A stretch of 64,000 nucleotides of DNA from an uncultured Planctomycetota bacterium (GTDB lineage Bacteria; Planctomycetota; Planctomycetia; Isosphaerales; Isosphaeraceae). The stretch spans positions 1,760,001 to 1,824,000 of the forward strand of contig CAWGMQ010000003.1 of the NCBI GenBank assembly GCA_963823665.1, read 5' to 3'. Positions 41,181 through 51,400 of the stretch are shown here, in pieces (position 1 is the stretch's first letter; the number at the start of each line of letters is the position of its first letter). The notes beneath the pieces were generated by a model, which saw nothing but the letters and a program-made list of their open reading frames with translations, was not told the origin of the DNA and did not search any database. A program made the translations under genes and the position numbers.

Positions 41181-43214
41181 ATGTTCGAACGATTCACCGA
41201 CCGCGCCCGCAAGGTGATGGAACTGGCCGACCAGGAGGCCCTACGCTTCAATCACGATCACCTCGGCACCGAACACATCCTGCTCGGCCTGGTCAAGGAG
41301 GGCACGGGCATCGGGGCCAACGTCTTGAAGAACCTGAACGTGGACCTGCGGAATATCCGCGACGAGGTCGAGAAGATCGTGCCAGCCGGGCGGGAAAAAG
41401 TCACGATGGGAAAACTGCCTCTTCGTCCCGCGGCAAAGAAAGGCATCGAAGCGGCAATCGCGGAAGCTCGCGGCCTGACCCACAACTACGTCGGGACCGA
41501 ACACCTGCTGCTCGGCTTGCTGCGTGAGCAGGACAGTGTCGCCGCCCAGGTGCTCACAAGCCTGAACTTGAAGCCCGAAGAAATGCGCAGGCAGGTCCTC
41601 AACTTGATGGGCCACGGAATGGATATCGGCGAAGGGAATCCCGACGCATGGAAAACCGGCCGCCGCAAGACACCCGCCCTGGACTCCTTCGGCACGGATC
41701 TGACGGAAAAGGCCCGTCAGGGCAAGCTCGACCCTGTCATCGGCCGCCAGAATGAGATTGACATGGTGGTCCAGGTGCTCTCGCGCCGGAGCCGGAACAA
41801 CCCCGTTTTGATCGGTGAGGCGGGAGTCGGCAAGACCGCAATTGTCCATGGCCTGGCCCAGTTGATCGTCGACGGCCGAGTTCCCGATCCATTGCACAAC
41901 CGCCGCGTGATCCTCCTCGATTGGGGCCTTTTGAACAGTGGCATCAAGCAGACCGGCCAGCTCGAGGAGCGGATCAAGGCCGTTTCGTTTGAAGTGCGCC
42001 GAGTGAAGGACGTCATCCTCTACCTCGACGATCTGCGCGGTTGCGCGCGATGATGATGCCGATGCCGGGCCCTCGAACCCGCTCGAGGTTGCGCTCACTC
42101 GCGGTGAATTCCAGCTCATCGTGGAAACGACACCCGAACAGTACAGTCGCTGTGCCGAGAATGCGCGTATTTTCGAACGGTGCTTTCAATCCGTGATGAT
42201 CGGCGCACGAACAAGAGCGAAACGTTCGATATCCTGCGCACGCTGCGCGACCGGTACGAGGCTCACCACCGAGCCCGGATCACGGACGACGCTCTCGCGG
42301 CGGCCGTCGAGCTGAGCTCGCTCTATCTACCGGACGAGCACTTTCCGCTCAAGGCCATCGAGCTGATCGACCAGGCCGGCGCTCGCGTCCGGCTTGATGC
42401 AACGATTCTTCCGCCTGACGTGAAAGAACTCGACGACCAGATCGAACGGCTCGATCAGCAAAAGGAAGAGGCGGTCGCCAATCAGGACTTCGAGCGGGCA
42501 GCCTCGTTGTACCGCCAGGCCGACGCGCTCAAGAAGAATAAGGCGACGATCGACCACGATTGGCACAAACGGTCAAGTGAGATCGACGGCACAGTCGACG
42601 CACAGGTGGTTGAAGAAGTCTTGAGCCGTGTAGTTGGGGTGCCGCTCGAGGTCGTTCAGAAGCGTGACGTTTCGACGGTCCTTCACAGCGCGAGGTTTCT
42701 CCGCGCGGGACCGACCAAGTTTGAGCGGCTTCTGGCCGATTGGATTTTGCGGGGCGAAGGCGTCAAGATCCAGCAGAGCACGGGTTTCGTGTTGTTGCCT
42801 CAACACGAGGCATTCGACCGTCTTTTCGAGAATGTGATCCGGCCTGCGATGATCGCCAACGGCATCATCGCCAAGAAGGCCGACAACATTGACGAGCGCG
42901 GCTCGACGCTTGCCCAGGTCTGGGCCCAGATCCGCTCGGCCGAGGTGATCGTGGCCGACGTCTCGTCCCTGAGCCCCACCAGTGAGGTCAGTTCAAACGC
43001 CAACGTGATTTTTGAGGTCGGCCTCTGCTTGGGCCTCCACCGCTGCCCGATCCTGCTGGGACGCAACCCGGCAATGCTCCCGTTCAACCTTCGGAGCCTT
43101 CCCTACATCCTTTACGAAGATTCCATCGACGGTGCGGCGAATCTCAAGGCCGACCTGACGAGGGCAATCGAGGAGTTCCTCTCCGCGTCGCGCGGGAGTC
43201 GGGCGGAAACTTGA
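41181..43214 (+). CDS. ClpC-like Clp-N/AAA1/UVR protein fused to nucleoside 2-deoxyribosyltransferase-like domain (frameshifts ~42035, ~42205)
   Basis: MFERFTDRARKVM, two GTEH(I/L)LLGL Clp repeats, LDPVIGR, GEAGVGKT, LRDRYEAHH and UVR KEEAVANQDFERAA. The C-terminus FVLLP...KADNI...VIVADVS...NANVIFEVG...LPFNL replaces AAA2. Confidence 0.8.
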
Positions 43215-43270
43215 GGTCCATCGAACTGTCAGCCCAGATCTGGCAGGTTGGCAGTCACAGAGGGCCGAGT

Positions 43271-45080
43271 TCAGTGCCCGACAACCTCGAGTCTTGCTTG
43301 CACGATCGCCTGATCGGGTTGCCGGCAGGAGAACGCGTCACATGCCTGGAAACGGACTGTGCAGGAGGTAACGGCCGACCCTGAACGAGCGTCGCCGGCG
43401 ACTCGAAGGCGGCGGCGGAACTCGAACGAGCCGTCGTAGGTGAGACGGCCTTCCGAAGCGGGCGCCGGATCGGGCACGGTCCAGTCGCCGAGAGCCTCGA
43501 AGCCCTCCGGAGGCTTCAATTCGAGGCTCGTGGCGACTTCAGGGCCGCTCGAGCCCTTCACGGCGGTGATATGCCATCCCGGGGCTGTGGCGACGCGGAT
43601 GACGAGCGTGACGACCTCGCCGGCGCGAGCTCGACTGGGCGCGAACTCGGCCTGAGCAGCGACAGGATTGCGATGCGTCGGCTCGAGCGCGCTGAGCGGT
43701 GTCCGAGGGAGCCGCGGTGGAGCAGTGAGTCCCTTCGGAGCAACCCGGAACCCGTAACCACCGACTTCATCAAAGAACAGCCGGTCGCGGTTGCCGTCGA
43801 GCCATTTGCGCCACGACGTCGCGTCGTCGTACGATTCGCTCGTGTAACGCTTCAGAACGCGAAGTGCGACCTCTGCCTGTTCCTTCCGTTCCAGCAGCTT
43901 GACCCAAGCGTCCAAGGATTCCGCCTTTCGGTTCGACTGGCCCAGCGCCTTCGCGTCCTCGTCGATGGCGATCTCCGTAAGGTCCGAGGCCGCGGCTCCC
44001 GGGCGAAGCCACTCGTAGTTGTCCAGGACCCAGGCGATGTACTTCTCCGCGTCGGTTCCGCACTGCTTTCGAACGCCTTCCGAAAAGAAGCGGTCGACCA
44101 GCCTGAGCGAGCCTTGGTAAAGCCTTTTTGCCCGGACAGGATCTTTTGCCACGGACTCCGGCAGCGAGTGTACGAAGGCGTCCTCGTCGAAAACGACCCT
44201 CAGGTTTTGGGCGACCATCGAGCGCCCATTCACGCGTGAATTCCTGGTCGGTTTTGCGAACGATCGGCCGCTGGCGATCGAACTTCTTGATGTAGCAGAC
44301 GACGTTGACGAAACACTTACGTGCCTCTGGCGTCATGTCACGCGGGGACGCCGAGAAGCCCCAAAGGAAGAAGTTGCCCTGGCGCCCCAGCGCGACGGAA
44401 CCGGGCGTCTTCGTGTTGATGCCCGACGCGACGACCTCCGCGTCAGGAGACGCGTCGAAATCCCAGGGGCTGGAAACCAATCCCCAATCGACTTCCGGAT
44501 GATCCTTTGTCTGAACCCGCCAGACCTTGATGGACTTGCCGATCGGCCGGCCGGATGCCAGGCCCGGATATTGAGGCGGAGTGGGCTGGTCTTCGAGCGA
44601 CAGCTTCACGGGGAACGGCGAGCAGAAGACCTCGTGCCCCGAGGCGATCCCGTGGGCAAACGCGCCCAGGCAGATGCAGCAGGAATCAATCTTGAGGCGG
44701 AGATTCCGGATTGCCATCTGCCCCCCCGCGCCGATCAAGACTGTCGGCCGATCGTACGACTCGGAAACCTTCGCCCCCTTGGGCCCTCGCAAGCCTCTGA
44801 TCGGTTCGACGATCTTGCCGTTCGAATCGCGCGGGAAAACCGTATCCCAGTCGAAGATGACGACGTCGTGTCCGTCGGCTTTTTCGTCGGTGAACGACAC
44901 GAGCGGAACGCGGTCGACCTTGCGGAAAGTCTGCTCGAGAAACCCGGTGAAATCCTTCTCGCGCTCGGTGCCCGATGGACCAGCGTAGAGGATCGACAGC
45001 GGAATCGGGTCGTCGGCTCGTAGCGACGGTGAGAAGGCAAGCAGGGAGAGCAACCCGAGTGTTCGGAGCTCGCTTCGCAT
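43271..45080 (-). CDS. Secreted protein with C-terminal DsbD N-domain-like fold (frameshift ~44225)
   Basis: Signal peptide; CCIC motif; GRQGNFFLWGF; C-terminal APGWHI...FQACDAFSC Ig-like DsbD-N pattern. Confidence 0.7.
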
Positions 45081-45318
45081 GGTCGGACTCCTGTTCTCAT
45101 TCAAGGCGACGGGGCGCACGCCTGTCGATTGCTGGGGCGACCGGGATTATATTCGATGAGCCACTTGAACGCGAATGGGAGGTTCCGTTCGAGGTAAAAA
45201 CGGTTGACGTCACTTCCCGCCAGGGCGAAAGTATTGTTTTGCGGAGGCTTTGATCCTTCGGGTCGCATTCCGGTGCGGCGTAGAACAAGCTCCCGAGTTG
45301 AAAACAGCGAGCTTAATT

Positions 45319-45852
45319 GTGAACGATGACTTGCACGCGATGTTTCGCCATCTCGACACCTTGACCGGCCGCCCGGACCTGGCCCACCTCGTCGAGGAAT
45401 TGTCTCAATTCGACATAGATCTCGATTGTTTGTCCGAACATTTGCACTTCGCCGAAACCGGCTACAAGCGCAACCTGGTTCGCGCAGCCCCCAATTATCA
45501 CGCCTGGTTGCTGTGCTGGAAGAACGGTCAGCGGTCGCCGATTCACAACCACAGCGGCTCCGCTTGCGTTGTGCGCGTGCTGCGGGGCACGCTGACCGAG
45601 ACGCTGTTCGAGCGCGCTCCCAACGGCCAAGTCAAAGCGTCGTTCTCGCGCGACTTCGCCCAGGGGAGTCTCATGGGGAGTGAAGACACGGACATCCATC
45701 AAGTCTCGAACCTCCAAGCCGAGGGTGCGGACCTCGTCACCCTGCACGTCTATTCGCCCCCCTTGCACCGCATGGAAATCTATTCGCTCTACGACAACAA
45801 CCGCGGCTACGAAGTGTGGATTCCGGAATTCAGCGACGCCGGCGGTATTTGA
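45319..45852 (+). CDS. Cysteine dioxygenase (cupin)
   Basis: YKRNLV, LLCW, SPIHNHSGSAC, IHQVSN, TLHVYSPP. Confidence 0.9.
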   Translation: MNDDLHAMFRHLDTLTGRPDLAHLVEELSQFDIDLDCLSEHLHFAETGYKRNLVRAAPNYHAWLLCWKNGQRSPIHNHSGSACVVRVLRGTLTETLFERAPNGQVKASFSRDFAQGSLMGSEDTDIHQVSNLQAEGADLVTLHVYSPPLHRMEIYSLYDNNRGYEVWIPEFSDAGGI

Positions 45853-46031
45853 AAAGTCCGGCAATCTCCTGGCGAAGGCCGAGCGAGTGATCCGGTAGGC
45901 CGATCCGGGGCGAGCATTGCCCCACAACCCACTCGAGCTGACGGCGCACTGCGCGCCGGAATTGCGCCAAATCTTCCGAATAACGGGCTTCGGAAGCTCG
46001 TCTCAGTTTCAGAGTAACTGAGGAGCATCAA

Positions 46032-47402
46032 ATGCCCATCAATTCGGGTTTCCGTGATGTGTTCGGTGTGCGCTGCATCGCCTTGATCGGGGCCTGCTGC
46101 GTGATTGCGGCAACGTGTTCCGTGATTCTCGCGGGCGATCGTCGCGAGCGATCGAGCTCGCTGATCGATCGCGAAGTGTTCGACGGCAAGACGCTGTTCG
46201 AGAAGTCGTGGGAACCTGGAAAGCCAAGCCCGAAGGGGGGAGACGGGGTTGGGCCGCTTTATAACGAAGTCTCCTGCGTTGCATGCCACAACCAGGGCGG
46301 CACAGGTGGCGCGGGCGCTAAAGAACACGATGTGGAGATGCTGACGGCCGTCGACGCTACCCCGGAGTCGCTGCGTGACCGGAAGATCTACCAGGGCGAG
46401 TTGCACGATCTGCATCCCGGATTCTGGGACCGCACCAGTATCGTGGTTCATCGATACGCGGTCGATGATGACATGCAGAAACGCCTGCACAAGGTCTGGA
46501 GTTTCGACGCGGTGCAGGCGCCAGGTCAGACCAAGATCATCCGAAAGTCACGGCGGAATACGCCGGCTCTCTTCGGGGCGGGCCTGATCGATGCGATTCC
46601 CGATGCCGTCTTGCGTGGCGCTGAGAAGCGGACCTTCGCCAGTTTTCCCGAGATAAAGGGACGGGGCAGTGCTCTTCCCGACGGAAGCGTCGGCCGATTC
46701 GGCTGGAAGGGTCAAATCTCGAGTCTCGACACGTTCGTGCGGGCTGCTTGTTCGAATGAGCTCGGCCTCGAGGTGCCCGGCCATCACCAGGCCAGCTTCG
46801 CCTCGCCGAGCGCGAAAACCGCCGCCAATGTGAATCTCGACCTGGATGAGGAAGAATGCAAGACGATCACCGCGTTCCTCTTGCACCTGCGGCCGCCGCT
46901 CCAGCGCTCGCCGGAGGGACGCACCGCGCTACCGTGGGGATACACGGTATTCGAGTCGGTCGGCTGCGCAACGTGTCACGCGCCCACACTGGGAGACGTG
47001 CAGGGGATCTATAGCGATCTACTCCTGCACGATATCGGAGACGCCTTCATGGAGTCTGCAACGGGGTATGGCTCTGGGAGCCCGACCGTGCGAAGCGTCC
47101 GCGACGTTGCCGATGCGAACGGACCGGCGAAGCGATCAGGCATGGCCGACGCCATCGAATGGCGCACGCCTCCGCTGTGGGGAATCGCTGACTCAGCTCC
47201 CTACTTTCATGACGGCCGGGCCGGAACCCTCGACGATGCGATCCGTCTCCACGCCGGTGAAGCGTCCAAGACAACGAAACGATACACCAAGCTCTCGCCG
47301 AGCGACCGCAAGGCCATGCTCTCGTTTCTAAGCACGCTCAAGGTCTCGCCCGAAATTAAGAAAACCGCGAGCAAGGCTCGCAGGCGCAGCCGGGGCATTT
47401 GA
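46032..47402 (+). CDS. Di-heme oxidoreductase family protein (DHOR/DUF1111)
   Basis: GDGVGPLYNEVSCVACH, ALFGAGLIDAI, GRFGWKG, GCATCH, SDLLLHD, WRTPPLWG, YFHDGRA. Confidence 0.9.
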   Translation: MPINSGFRDVFGVRCIALIGACCVIAATCSVILAGDRRERSSSLIDREVFDGKTLFEKSWEPGKPSPKGGDGVGPLYNEVSCVACHNQGGTGGAGAKEHDVEMLTAVDATPESLRDRKIYQGELHDLHPGFWDRTSIVVHRYAVDDDMQKRLHKVWSFDAVQAPGQTKIIRKSRRNTPALFGAGLIDAIPDAVLRGAEKRTFASFPEIKGRGSALPDGSVGRFGWKGQISSLDTFVRAACSNELGLEVPGHHQASFASPSAKTAANVNLDLDEEECKTITAFLLHLRPPLQRSPEGRTALPWGYTVFESVGCATCHAPTLGDVQGIYSDLLLHDIGDAFMESATGYGSGSPTVRSVRDVADANGPAKRSGMADAIEWRTPPLWGIADSAPYFHDGRAGTLDDAIRLHAGEASKTTKRYTKLSPSDRKAMLSFLSTLKVSPEIKKTASKARRRSRGI

Positions 47403-47456
47403 ACGCGCCAGGGCGCTGGATCGACGGCGATCCGTGATAGGCTCGTCAGCAACCTC

Positions 47457-47532
47457 CAAGAAAACGAGCTTTGCGCTCACCGTCGCCTCTACCAGCAACA
47501 AGGACATCTATGACGCCGTGATTTACCTCTGA
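47457..47532 (+). repeat. Remnant 3' end of beta-helix gene (direct repeat of 55741-55816)
   Basis: 66/76 nt identity by manual alignment; KKTSFALTVASTSNKDIYDAVIYL* versus KKTSYALNFASTSNNDIFGTVTYL*. Confidence 0.85.
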
Positions 47533-47679
47533 ATGGCCCTTTCTCCTCGCACACTCGGGCGTTATTCTTTTCAGGAGAGATCCCCCAATTGCCCGGACCG
47601 GGTAGAGGGGCGATCCGAGCGACGGTGCTTGGATTCATGTCCGGGCAACGGGTTTGCTGGCCTCGAGCGGGTTTCTGCG

Positions 47680-48255
47680 ATGAGTGACATCTCACATATC
47701 CTTTCGGCGATCGAGCGCGGCGAGCCGGGGGCCGCTGAGAAGCTCCTTCCGCTGGTCTACCAGGACCTGCGCAGGCTGGCCGCCAAGAGGCTCGCTCGCG
47801 AGGCGCCGGGGCAATCCCTGCTTTCTTCCGATCTGGTACATGAGGCCTATCTCAGGCTTGTCGGTGGAAGAACCCAGGAGGAGTGGGATGGTCGCGGTCA
47901 CTTCTTCGCCGCGGCCGCGGAGGCGATGCGGCGGATCCTGGTCGAAAAGGCGCGTCGCCGCAACCGTCACAAGCACGGTGGCGGTTGCTCGCAAGTCGAC
48001 CTCGACGCCGCTGCTATGCTGGCGGAGCAACCATCCGAGGACCTCGAAGCCCTCGATAAGGCGCTCAGCAAGCTGGCGGAGGAAGACCCGGCGAAGGCGG
48101 AGGTGGTGAAGCTCCGCTTCTTCACCGGTCTGACCATGCCCGAGATCGCCAAGATCATGAGATTCTCGCTGGCAACCGCCGAGCGCCACTGGACTTACGC
48201 CCGCACCTGGCTCTATGCCGAGCTCAAAGACCGGGGCGATTCCGCGAAGTCCTGA
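47680..48255 (+). CDS. ECF sigma factor, planctomycete kinase-associated type (TIGR02999-like)
   Basis: MSDISHILSAIERG...LLPLVYQDLRRLA...LVHEAYLRL...HFFAAAAEAMRRILVE...LRFFTGL...WTYARTWL. Confidence 0.92.
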   Translation: MSDISHILSAIERGEPGAAEKLLPLVYQDLRRLAAKRLAREAPGQSLLSSDLVHEAYLRLVGGRTQEEWDGRGHFFAAAAEAMRRILVEKARRRNRHKHGGGCSQVDLDAAAMLAEQPSEDLEALDKALSKLAEEDPAKAEVVKLRFFTGLTMPEIAKIMRFSLATAERHWTYARTWLYAELKDRGDSAKS

Positions 48256-48352
48256 CGTAACAGACCGTCCGTCCGTTTGAACGCAGCGGCGCTTTCGCGG
48301 AGAGCCTGGCGACACTATGATGTGACAATGGGCAAGCTCTGCGAGCGGATTC

Positions 48353-48382
48353 GCGAGGGGTTCCTAGGGGATTCATCGGATC
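48353..48382 (+). promoter_or_regulatory. Degenerate copy of repeated ECF-type promoter motif
   Basis: GCGAGGGGTT-N10-TCATCGGATC, about 33 nt before the kinase start. Confidence 0.45.
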
Positions 48383-48415
48383 GAGATCACGGCCCTTCGG
48401 GATTGGAACCACGCC

Positions 48416-51400
48416 ATGAGTAGTCCGGCGCTCGTCGAGTCGATTTTCTTTGCGGCGCTCGAAAAGAAAACGGCCGCGGAGCGGGCGGATTATCTGGACG
48501 AAGCCTGCGGCGCCGACGCGGCGCTTCGCCTCAAGGTGGAACGGTTGCTGGACGCTCATCCCCTGGCGCAGCAATACCTGGCTCAGCCCGCCGTCGATCG
48601 TCAGGCCTTCGACCCAGGCGATTCGGCTCGGGGCTCGACGAGTCTTGCGTCCACGAGCGGCCCGGAATCAGTTTCGCAGGGTCCGGGCGCGGATGGCGAC
48701 CGGTTCGGGACGCTCGCCGACCTTCCGGTCGATGGTGGTGCGGCCCCATCCGCGGTCGACGCCACTGTCGAACAAACTTGCCATGCGTCCGAGCCGATTG
48801 AGCGAACCAGCGGCAACGGAGCCAACCGCGACCTGCCGCGCGGCGCCGCCGGCGCCGGCGAATACGAGACTCAAAAGGAACTTGGTCGCGGCGATATGGG
48901 AGTTGTCGACCTGGCCGGTCACGTCATCAAGAACTGGCCCTGCGGCGGCCAGCACGGCGAACCTTCCCGGGTTGGGCGCTATCGGATCATCCATCGGCTG
49001 GGCCACGGCGGGTTCGGTACGGTTTATCTTGCACACGACGATGAGCTGGATCGGCCGGTGGCCGTCAAGGTGCCGAACCCGGAACGAATCACTGGCGCGC
49101 TGGATGTCGAGGCGTTCCTTGAGGAAGCCCGAACGCTTGCCAAACTCGACCATCCCAACATTGTGCCGGTATTCGATGTGGGCCGCACGGAAGACGGGCT
49201 CTGCTTCGTGGTCTCGAAGCTCGTCGAAGGCAGCGATCTCGCGGTCAGAATGGGACAGGGTCGACCTTCGTTCCGAGATTCTGCGCACCTTGTTGCCACC
49301 ATCGCCGACGCCCTACACTACGCCCACACCCGCGGGCTGGTTCATCGGGACATCAAGCCCGCGAACATCCTTATCGACGCCGCAGGCAAAACGTGCGTGG
49401 CGGATTTCGGTCTCGCCCTCAAGGATGAAGACTTCGGCAAGGGTGGCGGGCTAGCGGGCACACCGGCCTACATGAGTCCCGAACAGGCCAGGGGCGAAGG
49501 CCACCGGGTGGATGGCCGATCCGATGTCTTCAGCCTGGGAGTCGTCTTCTACGAACTGCTCACCGGAAAGAAGCCATTCCGAGGTGATTCTCTCCTGGAC
49601 TTGATCGAGTCGATCCAGACCGCTGAGCCACGTCCGCCTCGTCAGCGGGATGATACGATTCCCAGGGAGCTGGAACGGATCTGCCTCCAGGCACTCTTGA
49701 AGCGAGCGTCGGAGCGGTACAGCACCGCGAAGGACATGGCGGAAGACCTTCGCGCGTTCCTAGAAGCCACGAGTGGCACGGTCTCGCCTCTCGCCCCCGC
49801 GGCTTCCGAGGCTCGACCCGGATCCACCCTCGAAGCCGGCTCACCCCCGACGACCTTGCGGCAATCCGACTCCGACCGAAGACCAATCAAGATCGTTCCG
49901 AAGGGTCTGCGGTCCTTCGACGAGCATGATGCCGACTTCTTCCTGGAATTGCTTCCAGGTCCTTGTGATCGGGACCGACTGCCCGAGAGCATCCGTTTCT
50001 GGAAGCGAAGAATCGAGCAGCTCGACCCCGACCTGACTTTCAAGGTGGGGCTGATCTACGGCCCCTCGGGCTGCGGCAAGTCATCGCTCGTCAAGGCAGG
50101 ACTTCTGCCCCGGCTCGGCAATCACGTTCTTCCGGTATACATCGAGGCCACGCCGGACGAGAACCGAAGCTCGGCTGAAGAAGGGTTTGCGCAAGGTTTG
50201 TCCGGATATGCCCGCTGACTTGGGGTTGGTCGATTCGCTGGCAAATCTGCGGAGGGGCCGGGTCTTGCCAGCAGAGCGCAAGGTGCTGCTGGTCCTCGAT
50301 CAATTCGAACAGTGGCTCCATGGCAACAGGAGCGCTCTGAATTCCCAGCTGGTCGCCGCCCTTCGTCACTGCGATGGTGAGCATCTTCAAGCAGTTGTGC
50401 TGGTGCGGGACGATTTTTGGCTTGCCGCCAGCCGCTTCATGCGTGAACTGGAGATCCGATTGGTCGAGGGCGAGAATAGCGCCCTGGTGGATCTCTTCGA
50501 TCCCCGTCATGCCAGGAAAGTGCTCATGGCTTTCGGACGGGCCTATGGGGCGTTGCCCGAAAACGCGCGTGATCAGAGCGGCGATCAAGAAGCTTTTCTG
50601 GATCAATCGATTTCCGGCCTCGCCCAGGACGGGAAGATCATCTCGGTGCGGCTAGCTCTCTTCGCCGAGATGCTCAAAGGGAAGCCCTGGACCGCGGCGA
50701 AGCTGCGTGAGGTGGGCGGCACCGAGGGGATCGGTGTGACTTTCCTGGAAGAAACCTTTAGCGCCGCGACCGCACCGCCCGAGCACCGCCTGCACCAGAA
50801 AGCCGCTCGCGCGGTCTTGAAAGCTTTGCTACCCGAGGGCGGCACCGACATCAAGGGGCAGATGCGATCGCGCCAGCAGTTGCTTGAAGCTTCAGGGTAC
50901 GTAAACCGCCCCCGCGACTTCGACGACCTGATTCACATCCTCGACATGGCACTTCGACTGATCACGCCGACCGACCCGGAAGGTTCCTCGCGTGAAGGTC
51001 AGAAGGCCGCGGCGAGTGGGCAGTATTATCAGCTCACACACGATTACCTGGTCCAGTCTCTGCAAGACTGGCTCACCCGCAAGCAGCGCGAGACCCGCCG
51101 AGGAAGGGCGGAGTTGTTGCTGGCGGAACGTTCATTCCAGTGGAACTCGAGAACCCGAGAACCGCCATCTGCCGTCTGCCCTCGAATGGGCGCGTCTTCG
51201 ACTGCTGACCAGCAGTCGGGGCCGGACGGAGCTAGAGCGCAGAATGCTGAAGCACGCCGGGCGAGTGCACGGTTCGCGGTTGCTCTTATCAATCCTGCTG
51301 ATCGCCTTGACCACATGGGGAGCGATCGAGGGCTATGGCACGCTGCGGGCTTCGGCCCTGGTGGACTCGCTCCGGGCAGCCGGCACCACCGACGTCCCGG

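Noticed and set aside
41181..43214. Housekeeping clpC call
   Set aside because: There is no second AAA domain or ClpP-binding loop, so the gene symbol was withheld.
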